The notes under the pieces were generated by a model that was not told where the DNA came from, did no database searches, and was given only the letters and a program-made list of their open reading frames with translations. A program made the translations under genes and the position numbers. From an uncultured Gemmatimonadales bacterium (GTDB taxonomy: Bacteria > Gemmatimonadota > Gemmatimonadetes > Gemmatimonadales > Gemmatimonadaceae): a DNA stretch of 64,000 bases. This document shows, piece by piece, positions 10,528-19,720 of the stretch. Each line of letters starts with the position of its first letter. Position 1 is the stretch's first letter. Location of the stretch: NCBI GenBank assembly GCA_963707505.1, contig CAVPQB010000002.1, positions 32,001 through 96,000 on the forward strand. Reading direction: 5' to 3'.

Positions 10528-10549
10528 TTGTGAGGCAACTTCGGAATTG

Positions 10550-11671
10550 CTACGGCAAACGTTTCTCGATCTTTACGCCCGTGTGCAAGCCATCGAGAAT
10601 CGCGACTTTTCCGCGAGCACCGGCCGCCATGGCAGCGCCATCAGTTTCCGACATCACGACGTTGAGTGATAGCGAGTCGAGGCGCGACCAGGTGACACCG
10701 GAATCAACCGAGAACGATGTTCCCTCGGTTCCCACGGCAATCAGTCGTTTGCCTGTCTTGCGTGCGTCGAGGTACGCCACTCCGGACAGAAAGCCAGTCG
10801 ACGGTTGAGGCGCAGCGGCGATCCACGTCGATCCTCCGTCGTCGCTCCGCGCGACGGTTACGGCGGAAGCATCCGGCTTGGAGTAGTTGCCGCCGACTGC
10901 AACGAGATGATGCGTGTCACGACAGGCGAGTGAGAAGATCCCGGCTGCCGCGACACCTGCCTTGATTGGTGTTTCCACGACCGACCAGTTCCGGCCTCCA
11001 TCAGAAGAGTGGAAGACCCGCGACGCCGCCGCACCACCCGTGCCCAGCCATGCGTCATTGGGTCCGCATGTGACCAGCGAGGTCCCACTCGCCGCGAACG
11101 CCCCTTCTCCGGGGAGAGCTGGTGGGAGTCCGGCATCGGGAATTCGAGACCAGTGCTGGCCGCCGTCGTTCGTTTCGAGAATTACGAAGCGGCCGTTCAT
11201 CGGATCGCCGACCGCCAGCCCATGACGCGAGTCGAAGAAGGCCATACCGTCGAGGAAGGCACCCTTGCTTTCGTCCTGATACTGGAGCGTCCAGGTCCTG
11301 CCCCGATCCGTGGTTCGGTAGATGAGCGCAGTGTCCTGAGCCGACACCATCAGGAGCGCTGTATCGAGCGAGAATGCGTGGACGGCTCGAAAATCGAACG
11401 ATCCTGCTGCTGTAACGTTGCCGGGGTGCCAGCTTCGCCCGGCATCGTTACTCCACGCAAACGTCGCCCTGGTTCCGCTGATCCAGACGACGTTGCTGTC
11501 GACGATACTCATCCCACGAAACGAGGCGTCGGTCCCGGGATTCCGCGGGCTCCACTGAGCCTGAGCAGCTGAGGCGAAGGTGGCGGAGAACGTGATTGCG
11601 AGTGCAATCGAGAGGGTGATCGCAGCGCTTCGGCGCGACGAAACGATGGTAAGCGATGGCCGTGGAATCAT
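10550..11671 (-). CDS. Secreted BNR/Asp-box (YCF48-like) beta-propeller protein
   Basis: Signal peptide, repeated S/T-x-D-G-G-x-x-W boxes, and EGAFAASGT. Confidence 0.85.
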   Translation of the reverse strand: MIPRPSLTIVSSRRSAAITLSIALAITFSATFASAAQAQWSPRNPGTDASFRGMSIVDSNVVWISGTRATFAWSNDAGRSWHPGNVTAAGSFDFRAVHAFSLDTALLMVSAQDTALIYRTTDRGRTWTLQYQDESKGAFLDGMAFFDSRHGLAVGDPMNGRFVILETNDGGQHWSRIPDAGLPPALPGEGAFAASGTSLVTCGPNDAWLGTGGAAASRVFHSSDGGRNWSVVETPIKAGVAAAGIFSLACRDTHHLVAVGGNYSKPDASAVTVARSDDGGSTWIAAAPQPSTGFLSGVAYLDARKTGKRLIAVGTEGTSFSVDSGVTWSRLDSLSLNVVMSETDGAAMAAGARGKVAILDGLHTGVKIEKRLP

Positions 11672-11741
11672 ACGGAATAATCTACGACTGCCCGCCGTCG
11701 CATCGTTTCACTTTCGGTATCCATTCGGTATACTTCCCATC

Positions 11742-12767
11742 ATGCTACGGCTCAAGAGTGGCGGGCGGCAGCTTCCGCTGTTTCCACCGGATGTCGAACG
11801 GTCGTTCGAGATGCTACCGGCGTTGGGTGAGCAGGGCGACATACGTTATTTCGCCACGCGTGCGCGGTCCGTTCTCAACCCTCCTGAAGTGACCGGGATG
11901 AACTTCTGGTCAGTGAACCCGTACGTCGGCTGCGCGTTCGGTTGCACCTATTGCTACGCCAGATACGCGCACCGTTACGTGATGGAGCGCGCGGCGGACC
12001 ACGATCGTCTGGAAGACGGGCTCTCCGACGATTTCGAGAGCATGGCTCCCTGGCTGGCGTTCGAGCGAAGAATCTTCGTCAAGCGCGACGCGCCGGAGAT
12101 TCTCGCACGCGCGCTCCGCACAGGTGGCGAGCGGTATCTCGGTCTCATAAACGGCGACACGATACTCATCGGCTCGGCGACCGACCCTTATCAACCGGCA
12201 GAGCGGCGCTTTCGCGTGACGCGCAGGATTCTGGAAGTGCTGGCGGAGCACCCCGGGCTCAACATAGTGATCATCAGCAAGAGTCCGCTGATCACACGCG
12301 ACGTGGATCTGCTCAAGCGTATTGCGCGCCACTCACGCATTCACGTTCAGATCTCGCTCATCACGGTCGATCGCGAGCTCGCACGACGGGTGGAGCCGCG
12401 CTCGCCAACGCCGGATTCACGACTGCGCGCGATCGCACGTCTGCGCGATGCGGGGATCGAGACGGGCGTGAACTGCATGCCAGTTCTTCCTGGCATCACC
12501 GACGATCCAGCCGCGCTGGATGAGCTCGTGCGTCGTGTCGCCGAGGCGGGCGCCGTTCGGATCGGTGCGTGCGCACTGAGACTCGATCGAAGCGCGCGGC
12601 TGCGGTATCTGCCGTTCATCGAGCAGGAATTCCCCGAGCTGGCCGCGCGTTATCACGCGAGCTACTCCCACGGCCGGAATGTGGGGGAGAAATATCGTGA
12701 AGGACTGGCCGAGCATTTCGCTGTGTTGCGCGCGAAATACGGCATCGGCGACGGAACGCGGTACTGA
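11742..12767 (+). CDS. Radical SAM protein, SplB/Rv2578c-like DNA-repair family
   Basis: NPYVGCAFGCTYCYAR (CxxxCxxC), SATDPYQPAE, ISKSPLITRD. Start placed at ATG 11742 to avoid overlap with the divergent gene. Confidence 0.9.
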   Translation: MLRLKSGGRQLPLFPPDVERSFEMLPALGEQGDIRYFATRARSVLNPPEVTGMNFWSVNPYVGCAFGCTYCYARYAHRYVMERAADHDRLEDGLSDDFESMAPWLAFERRIFVKRDAPEILARALRTGGERYLGLINGDTILIGSATDPYQPAERRFRVTRRILEVLAEHPGLNIVIISKSPLITRDVDLLKRIARHSRIHVQISLITVDRELARRVEPRSPTPDSRLRAIARLRDAGIETGVNCMPVLPGITDDPAALDELVRRVAEAGAVRIGACALRLDRSARLRYLPFIEQEFPELAARYHASYSHGRNVGEKYREGLAEHFAVLRAKYGIGDGTRY

Positions 12768-12779
12768 AAAGCGCGAGTA

Positions 12780-13382
12780 TCAGGCGCGCTCGAGTCCCAC
12801 GAGCGTCGACACATTGTCGCTCGGGATGTAGCAATGGAGTCCACACGGGACGAGACCGGCGTCACGAATGATCCGCCGGTACGACGCGCGGGATTCGGCA
12901 TGCCAGCCTGTAGTGTCGCCTTCGACTTCATCCTCCGACGCGAATATCTCCAGGTATGCAAGTCCCGCCGTACGGTCGGCGATGTTGCGAATCGCGCGTA
13001 TCATTACATCACGCGGCAGGTAGTTGATGACGCTGCAACACACCACCATGTCGAAGCTGCGATCGGGCAGGAGCCGCGGCAGATCATCTACTGTTCCCTG
13101 CACGATGTTGCGGCGCTTGCCGAAACGACGCACTGCATATGCGCTCGGATCGACACCCTGATATCGTACCGACGGACGAAGTGTCCTGAGTACGGGTCGC
13201 CAGCGTCCCTCACCAGCGCCGACATCCAGCACGGAGCGGACCGGATGCGCGAGCACGTACTCCGTCGCGGCCACGGCGAAGCTGATCAGTCGCTTGAGAT
13301 CGGCGGTCGATCCCACACGATGCTTGGGATGGCGGTACCACTTGTCGAAGTAGCCGCCGTCAAAACGCTTCTGTTTAATCAC
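12780..13382 (-). CDS. Class I SAM-dependent methyltransferase
   Basis: VLDVGAGEG motif I; FDMVVCCSVINYL. Confidence 0.85.
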   Translation of the reverse strand: MIKQKRFDGGYFDKWYRHPKHRVGSTADLKRLISFAVAATEYVLAHPVRSVLDVGAGEGRWRPVLRTLRPSVRYQGVDPSAYAVRRFGKRRNIVQGTVDDLPRLLPDRSFDMVVCCSVINYLPRDVMIRAIRNIADRTAGLAYLEIFASEDEVEGDTTGWHAESRASYRRIIRDAGLVPCGLHCYIPSDNVSTLVGLERA

Positions 13383-13416
13383 GATGTGGGATCAGTCGAA
13401 CGTAAGTCGAACAAAA

Positions 13417-13878
13417 TCAGTCGTCGGCATTGCTGCGACGCACGCGCTTCTTCTCTGAAAGTTTGCGTTTGTCATCGAGCCGCGCCTGCTTCGCCGCACG
13501 GCTCGGCCGCGTCTTTCTGCGTGCCTTGGGGATGACGAGCGCGCGCCGCACCATGTCGCCAAGCCGCGTTTCGGCCAGCTCGCGATTCTGCAGTTGACTG
13601 CGCGTATCGCTCGCTACGACGCGGAGCTCGCCGTCGTCACTCAGGCGAGAAGCGAGGCGCGTGATGAGACGCGCACGATCTTCATCGCTCAATACTTGCG
13701 ACGACGCGACGTTCCACGTGATCTCTACGCGCGTGGATGTCTTGTTGACGTGCTGACCGCCCGCGCCTGATGCTCGTGTCGCGCGCACTCCGAGCTCGGC
13801 GCGCGGGATCGCGAGCCTGTCATTCACACGCAGTGCGCGCTCGTCCTCGCCGTCAGCAGCGGAAGATCTTGTCGCCAT
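13417..13878 (-). CDS. arfB: Alternative ribosome rescue factor ArfB
   Basis: RASGAGGQHVNKTS (GGQ), RSQLQNR and basic tail RRKTRPSRAAKQARLDDKRK; start approximate. Confidence 0.93.
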   Translation of the reverse strand: MATRSSAADGEDERALRVNDRLAIPRAELGVRATRASGAGGQHVNKTSTRVEITWNVASSQVLSDEDRARLITRLASRLSDDGELRVVASDTRSQLQNRELAETRLGDMVRRALVIPKARRKTRPSRAAKQARLDDKRKLSEKKRVRRSNADD

Positions 13879-14824
13879 CGAAGCGGCCGTTCTCGATGAA
13901 TATGCCGGACGTGTATCGGCCGGCAACGATACTACCGGCCATGTATATGCCGGGCACGTTGGTCTCGAGCGTATCGGGATTCACCGACGCACGTTCGGTA
14001 TCTGGCTCCAACTCGATACCCAGTCGCCGAAACAGCGCGAAGTCCGCGCGAAATCCCGTCAGTGCGTACACCCGATCCGCGTGCAGCGCCTCTTCCATTC
14101 CCTCGGCGTTGCGTATGATCACTGCGCCGTGTTCGATTCGCAACACCGTCGCGCCAAGCCGCGCGGAGATCTCGCCAGCGGCAATTCGATTTTCGATGTC
14201 GGGTTTGACCCAGTACTTGACGCTTGCTGGAAACACGGTGCCGCGATATACCAGCGTAACGCGAGCGCCGGCGCGAAACAGCTCCAGTGCTGCCTCAACC
14301 GCTGAGTTGCGTCCGCCGATGACCACGACATCCAGCCCGAAGCTGCGATGTGGCTCGTCAAAATAGTGGTGGACAAACGGAAGCGACTCGCCAGGTACGT
14401 CCATGAGATTGGGCTCACCGAAATATCCGGTCGCCAGCACAAGACGCTTGCAGCCGATGACAGTCTCGCCACTCGGCGTCGCAACTGTGCACTGAATTAT
14501 GTCATCAACGCGTTGCGCGGTCACGAGTCTCGTGTAGGTCCGGACGCGCAGCTTATCGGTACGTACCACACCGCGATAGTACTTGAGAGCTTCCTCACGA
14601 GTGGGCTTCTGTCCCACGGAGACGAACGGATGGCCACCGATCTCCAGCAGCTCCGGCGTGGTGAAGAATCCCATGCCAATGGGGTAACGCACGATCGAAT
14701 CGGCGATGGCGCCGGCTTCGATTATGAGCGGATCGATCCCGCACTTTCTGGCTGAAATCGCGCACGCCAGCCCGATGGGACCGCCGCCAGCGATTATCGT
14801 ATCTTCAAACTGGTTCTTCTGCAT
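13853..14824 (-). CDS. ypdA: YpdA-family putative bacillithiol disulfide reductase
   Basis: GGGPIGLACA, FFTTPELLEIG, KPTREEALKYY, GGRNSA, KYWVKPDIENRI, FIENGR. Confidence 0.9.
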   Translation of the reverse strand: MQKNQFEDTIIAGGGPIGLACAISARKCGIDPLIIEAGAIADSIVRYPIGMGFFTTPELLEIGGHPFVSVGQKPTREEALKYYRGVVRTDKLRVRTYTRLVTAQRVDDIIQCTVATPSGETVIGCKRLVLATGYFGEPNLMDVPGESLPFVHHYFDEPHRSFGLDVVVIGGRNSAVEAALELFRAGARVTLVYRGTVFPASVKYWVKPDIENRIAAGEISARLGATVLRIEHGAVIIRNAEGMEEALHADRVYALTGFRADFALFRRLGIELEPDTERASVNPDTLETNVPGIYMAGSIVAGRYTSGIFIENGRFDGDKIFRC

Positions 14825-14862
14825 AATGAATAATTCTAACCATCGACGAACAGAGGATTACG

Positions 14863-15570
14863 ATGAACGTTGCCAGGGCGCGGGTGCTTGTAACAGGCGG
14901 GTCGAGCGGAATTGGAAAGGCGACGGCTCTCGCACTGACCGAGCTGGGCGCACGAGTGGCGATCTGCGGACGGGACCGCGCGAGTATCGAGAAGGTCGCC
15001 GGTGAGATCGGCGCCAGCCCATTCGTCGCGGACGTGAGCCACGAAGCCGACGTCGTTGCGCTCATTCCAAAGGTGATCGACGCGCTCGGCGGCTACGACG
15101 CGCTCATCAACAACGCCGGGTTCGGCCGTTTTGCGCCGCTGCTCGAGACAACCGTCGATGACATGCGGGCGGTATGGGAGACGAACGTGCTCGGCGCGAC
15201 GCTCGCCGCACGCGAGTCGGCCAGGTACTTCATCAAGCAATCGTATGGCAACATCGTGAACGTCGCATCGACATCGGCGGCGCACGGCTCGGCAAACGGG
15301 TCGGCTTACTCCTCGTCCAAGTTCGCCCTTGCATCGCTCACGGAATGCTGGCGCGCGGAGCTGCGGAAGAGCAACATTCGCGTGATGCAGATCAATCCTA
15401 GCGAGGTGCTGACCGACTTCGCGCATCGCGCCCGCGGAACGGAACGTGCGGACAATCCGAGCAAGTTGCGCGGCTCGGATATCGCCGCCGCCATCGTGGG
15501 CATGCTTGCCCTGGACGACCGTGCCATGATAACCGAGCTGACGGTGTGGGCGAGCAACCCGCGCGATTAG
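14863..15570 (+). CDS. SDR family oxidoreductase
   Basis: TGGSSGIG, NNAG, YSSSK. Confidence 0.93.
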   Translation: MNVARARVLVTGGSSGIGKATALALTELGARVAICGRDRASIEKVAGEIGASPFVADVSHEADVVALIPKVIDALGGYDALINNAGFGRFAPLLETTVDDMRAVWETNVLGATLAARESARYFIKQSYGNIVNVASTSAAHGSANGSAYSSSKFALASLTECWRAELRKSNIRVMQINPSEVLTDFAHRARGTERADNPSKLRGSDIAAAIVGMLALDDRAMITELTVWASNPRD

Positions 15571-16169
15571 ACTGCCGGGGTTCCCTGCAAACCGATCGCC
15601 TCTGCAGAGCCTTGTAGCGCGGCAACTACGAACGCAATGTGCTCGTCGAGGTCGACACCGAGCTCCTGTGCGCCCTGAACGACGTCCTCGCGACTCACGC
15701 CGCGCGCGAACGCCTTGTCCTTCATCTTCTTCCGTACCGAGCGAGGCTCGACGTCGTGCACGGACCTCGATGGCTTGACGAGCGCTGTCGCGGTGATGAG
15801 TCCGGTCAGCTCATCCACCGCGAAGAGTGTGCGCGACATCAGAGTGGTCCGCGGTGTGCCGGTGTACGCTGCGTGACCCATGATCGCGTCGAGAACATCC
15901 TCGGGGTATCCGAGTGCGCGCAGGATTCTCACGCCCTCACTCGGATGCTCTTCCGTCGCGGACCGATTCGCGTTTGGGAAACGCTCGTAATCGAAGTCAT
16001 GCATCAGGCCGGCTAGCCCCCATCGTTCCACATCCTCGCCATGGTGAGTGGCGTAGGCGCGCATGGCCGCTTCCACTCCAAGCATGTGCTTCCGAAGCGA
16101 TTCCGATGGCGTGTATTCGTACATCAGCGCAACTGCGGCGTCGCGCGTGGGGAGTGGCGAGTTGCTCAT
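15567..16169 (-). CDS. HD-domain (HDIG-type) hydrolase
   Basis: SLRKHMLGVEAAM, GLMHDFDYE, LFAVDELTG, KDKAFARGV; start at MSNSPL. Confidence 0.88.
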   Translation of the reverse strand: MSNSPLPTRDAAVALMYEYTPSESLRKHMLGVEAAMRAYATHHGEDVERWGLAGLMHDFDYERFPNANRSATEEHPSEGVRILRALGYPEDVLDAIMGHAAYTGTPRTTLMSRTLFAVDELTGLITATALVKPSRSVHDVEPRSVRKKMKDKAFARGVSREDVVQGAQELGVDLDEHIAFVVAALQGSAEAIGLQGTPAV

Positions 16170-16299
16170 GTCGATTGCTCGTGCCAACTGGCGGTGACGG
16201 TAAACGTCGCACAAAAAAACGACGGTACGAGTGATTTTCGTACCGTCGCTGAATATACTGCGCTGCCAGTCGCAATCCGTGCGACGTAACTCTAACGCG

Positions 16300-16674
16300 C
16301 TACCGGGGCGGAATCTGCAACGTGACCTCATCGCCGCGTGTCACGAGGATCGAGCTACTGACCGACGGACGAAGTCCGCCGATCGGATCTGCAATGAAGC
16401 GCAGCGAGGTATTCGCTCCAATCAGGACATCGGACGGGATCTTCATTTTCGTAACGGTCGCGGCGGTCGCCGTACCGAGACGAATTCTCTGGCCACCAGG
16501 GTCGCGAACGACATATACATCCATGTCCAGGGAACCCTGATTGTCCACCTTGAGCGTGGTAACCTGTTCCGGGGCGGCCGCGCCGCCGGCGCCCGACGAG
16601 GAAGCGTTGTTGCACGCCACGGCGCCCCCCAGACACGTCAAACTGAGAGCGAGTGCAACTGCCTTGAAGCGCAT
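16300..16674 (-). CDS. Hypothetical lipoprotein
   Basis: AGGAG RBS; MRFKAVALALSLTCLGGAVAC signal peptide with lipobox, followed by a small beta-rich domain. Confidence 0.75.
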   Translation of the reverse strand: MRFKAVALALSLTCLGGAVACNNASSSGAGGAAAPEQVTTLKVDNQGSLDMDVYVVRDPGGQRIRLGTATAATVTKMKIPSDVLIGANTSLRFIADPIGGLRPSVSSSILVTRGDEVTLQIPPR

Positions 16675-16708
16675 TTGTTTCTCCTGATCACGATTTATCC
16701 GGCCATAG

Positions 16709-16724
16709 CGCATTCCTCGCGCCA
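16709..16724 (-). promoter_or_regulatory. Putative sigma-54 promoter
   Basis: Minus strand TGGCGC-GAGGA-ATGCG (GG-N10-GC) about 35 nt upstream of the lipoprotein start. Confidence 0.5.
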
Positions 16725-16741
16725 GAACCGGTTTTCAACCG

Positions 16742-17788
16742 TTACCCCACGATGCGCCGCTGGATACTCTCGGGCTCGTAGGTAACCTCCCGGGCAGGTT
16801 TATCATCGCGGACGCCGAGGAATATCGGCTGGCGAAGGCGGCCATCGGCGGTCCATTCGCTGAACTTCACTTCGACAACCACTTTCGGCCTTACCCACGT
16901 CGCTGGCTCGTTTGTTCGTGGCTCCTCTTCAAACGGCGACGTCTTTCGGATCAACGGGTCGAGGCGTTGGCGCATCGCTCGAAGGCCTTCGCGAGTGAAG
17001 CCGCCGCCCATGTGGCCGGCGTAGATCAACTTGGCGCGCGCGTCGTAGTATCCCAGCAGAAGAGCGCCGATGTCCTTGCGGCTTTTGCGTGGCGCGGTGA
17101 AGCCGCCGACGACGAACTCCTGCTCGAAGTCGATCTTGAGCTTGAGCCATGCGTCGGATCGAGCACCGGGCGTGTAGCGCGCGTCGGTGCGTTTTGCAAT
17201 GACGCCTTCCCAGCCTTTATCCGTTGCGCGTTTAAGCATCGCGCTACCATCTCGTCTCGTCGGCGAGAGACGAATGTGTCGGGCGACGGGATCGGCGGCA
17301 CGGCCGCGTTTGGTCGTCGCCAGCCCGGCAAAGAGTGATTCGAGATGCTCGCGGCGATCTGTCCAGGGGAGCCGAGTGAGGTTTGTGCCGTCGTCGCTCA
17401 GGATATCGAAGGCAATGAGTGCGGCAGGCATGTGTTGAGCCGCGGCCGCGATGTCATCGGCGCCTTTCAGATGCATGCGGCTCTGCAGAGCCTGGAATCG
17501 AGCAGGCTCGCCGCGCAGCAGGGCAACGATCTCTCCATCGAGTGTGAATGGCTGACCAAGTTGCACACCCAGCTCGGCGAGCGCCGCAGTGATTTCAGGA
17601 AACTGCCGCGCCTTGTCGTTTCCATTTCGAGTCATGAGGCGCACACCGCGTGCTGTTACTTGTGCGACTGCTCGGACGCCGTCGTACTTGGGCTCGAAAG
17701 TCCAGCTCCGGCCGGTGGGGATTTCGTGACCCACACTGGCGTACATGGGCTCGGGTCCCGGACGGGTGTCGCCGACAGGCGGGCTCAT
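16742..17788 (-). CDS. ligD: ATP-dependent DNA ligase (LigD ligase domain only)
   Basis: FEPKYDGVR, LDGEIV, AFDIL, EGVIAK, WLKLK, QEFVVGGFT, LRQPIFLGVRDDK. Confidence 0.9.
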   Translation of the reverse strand: MSPPVGDTRPGPEPMYASVGHEIPTGRSWTFEPKYDGVRAVAQVTARGVRLMTRNGNDKARQFPEITAALAELGVQLGQPFTLDGEIVALLRGEPARFQALQSRMHLKGADDIAAAAQHMPAALIAFDILSDDGTNLTRLPWTDRREHLESLFAGLATTKRGRAADPVARHIRLSPTRRDGSAMLKRATDKGWEGVIAKRTDARYTPGARSDAWLKLKIDFEQEFVVGGFTAPRKSRKDIGALLLGYYDARAKLIYAGHMGGGFTREGLRAMRQRLDPLIRKTSPFEEEPRTNEPATWVRPKVVVEVKFSEWTADGRLRQPIFLGVRDDKPAREVTYEPESIQRRIVG

Positions 17789-17801
17789 GGCAGCGTCGCG
17801 G

Positions 17802-18551
17802 CTACTTGAGCGGATTGCTCTGCCATGATCCATACATCGGGTTCGGAAGAGCGAAGAAAGTGTCGCCGAATCTGGCGAAGGCGCTTTCAGGCTCACTCCG
17901 AATTGCCTGGGAAAGGTGCGGAAAATCCTGGATGTTATCGCCAACCCATTCGAGGACTGCTATCGCCGGGAAGCCGGGCGACGCGGTACCGTTCTGCACG
18001 GCGTCGAAGCGCGGGTTCTTGTCATCGTTGTCGGTCTTGCACACAACCAGATCCGCCTTGATCGAGACCCGATCGAGGTTGGCGCGGGTGGCTGGACATC
18101 CCTTGTCGCTTCGATTGCTGACGATCACAACCTTGCCACCGAGCTGATGCACGCGGCTGGTGAACGTGACAGCTCCGGGAAGTGCCGGCGCGCGTCCGGC
18201 CGCTACCCAGGCATCCCAGGCATTGGCATCGAACGATCCGCCGAACGGTACACGGGCTAACTCATAATCCGAGTTGTCGAGAACAGTTTCGTCGGCGTCC
18301 AGAATCACACCCCACGATCCCGGCGCGAGGCCAGCGGAGAGGGACTCGAGCCTGTTGGCTGCAGCGCGATACGTCTCGATGAAGATCGCGGCGTGCTCGG
18401 CGGATACACGGGACCACTGGACGTCGCGCGCGGTAGTTGTTGAGCCCGTGCTGCGGCTGGTGTCGCGGCGACGTTGGGCATTGGCGCGCAGGCACCGAGT
18501 CCGACTGAAAACAGGATTGGCGAGAGCGGTAGCGGACGAGCGAGTTGTCAT
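17802..18551 (-). CDS. HAD class B/C acid phosphatase (e(P4)-like lipoprotein); N-terminus probably double-frameshifted
   Basis: LDADETVLDNS, VSNR, VGDNIQDF, LPNPMYGSW. A lipobox signal (ILFSVGLGAC...QQLPR) lies in another frame at about 18430-18520. Confidence 0.87.
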   Translation of the reverse strand: MTTRSSATALANPVFSRTRCLRANAQRRRDTSRSTGSTTTARDVQWSRVSAEHAAIFIETYRAAANRLESLSAGLAPGSWGVILDADETVLDNSDYELARVPFGGSFDANAWDAWVAAGRAPALPGAVTFTSRVHQLGGKVVIVSNRSDKGCPATRANLDRVSIKADLVVCKTDNDDKNPRFDAVQNGTASPGFPAIAVLEWVGDNIQDFPHLSQAIRSEPESAFARFGDTFFALPNPMYGSWQSNPLK

Positions 18552-18623
18552 GGATTTCGGTTGAGAGTCTGGTCGAACGATCGTTCGGATCAGTACGGTA
18601 TCACAAATATTGTATTCTACATT

Positions 18624-18639
18624 CGGCACTTCTCTTGCT
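18624..18639 (+). promoter_or_regulatory. Putative sigma-54 promoter of ku
   Basis: CGGCAC-TTCTC-TTGCT, a near-perfect -24/-12 consensus about 56 nt upstream of ku. Confidence 0.72.
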
Positions 18640-18695
18640 TCCTTTCTCGTTTGCAAGGACCGGGCTTCACCGGCCTTCACGAGGAGATGGGTAAC

Positions 18696-19544
18696 ATGGC
18701 TAGCGTCTGGAAAGGGTCACTCAGCTTCGGTCTCGTGAGCATTCCGGTCGAGCTACGTCCGGCCGTGAGGGAAGACCACGTCAGCTTCCGCCTTCTGTAC
18801 AAGAAGGACCTCTCACCGGTAAAGTACGAGCGCTTCTCCGCAAAGGGAGATGGGCCGCTCGCGTGGGATGACATCGTGAAGGGATTCGAGTTCGAGAAGG
18901 GGCAGTACGTCGTACTCACCGACCAGGATTTCAAGGCAGCGGCGCTTGGTAAATCGACGTCGATCGAGATTCTGGATTTCGTGGAGCAGGCCGAGATCGA
19001 TCCGCGATACTTCGAGACGCCATACTACCTGACGCCCACCAAGGGCGGCGAGAAGCCATACGCGCTGCTGCGCGCTGCAATCAGCAATACGAACGTCGTG
19101 GGAATCGGGAAGATCGTGATGCGTAACACGCAGCATCTCGTGGGCATCAAGGCGAGCGGCGACGCGTTGATGCTGGAGATAATGCGGTTCGCGAACGAGC
19201 TGGTGGAGACCGACGAGCTTCACTTCCCCAAACGTGCCGACGTGCGGCCACAGGAGCTCCACATGGCGGAGCAGCTGGTGCACAACCTTGCGGCCGATTT
19301 CGACCCTGATAAGTACACCGACGAATACCGCGCGAATCTCATGAAGATCATTCGCGCGAAGATGAGCGGCAAGAAGGTGAAGGGTGTGCGGACGACAGCC
19401 GCAGCCACGCACGACGACAAGGTCATCGACCTCATGGCGCGTCTGCGTGAGAGTCTTGCAGAAGGCAAGAAGAAGCCAGCACGAGCAGCGCGAGCAGCAC
19501 GAGCACGCAGGAAGACTGCGACGCGCCGGAAGAAGAGCGCGTAG
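18696..19544 (+). CDS. ku: NHEJ DNA-end-binding protein Ku
   Basis: MASVWKGSLSFGLVSIPV, IVKGFEFEKG, YFETPYYL, basic C-terminal tail; GAGGAG RBS. Confidence 0.96.
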   Translation: MASVWKGSLSFGLVSIPVELRPAVREDHVSFRLLYKKDLSPVKYERFSAKGDGPLAWDDIVKGFEFEKGQYVVLTDQDFKAAALGKSTSIEILDFVEQAEIDPRYFETPYYLTPTKGGEKPYALLRAAISNTNVVGIGKIVMRNTQHLVGIKASGDALMLEIMRFANELVETDELHFPKRADVRPQELHMAEQLVHNLAADFDPDKYTDEYRANLMKIIRAKMSGKKVKGVRTTAAATHDDKVIDLMARLRESLAEGKKKPARAARAARARRKTATRRKKSA

Positions 19545-19720
19545 GCGCCGGAAAAGCGCGCGAGGCGCCGGAAGCGCGCGGAGGCGCCGAGGGTGCGTGG
19601 CGCGGCTTCACACTCGCCGCGCCGGAGCGTATGCTTCACTGGTGTGGCGCATCCATCGTACCGACTTGCAACATACGTCTCCCGCGGTAGCGGGAACGAC
19701 GGCCTGAGGAAACGACGATC

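Noticed and set aside
19480..19592. Short GC-rich tandem repeats at and after the ku 3' end
   Set aside because: They reflect the low-complexity basic tail of Ku and a degenerate intergenic repeat; there is no array structure.
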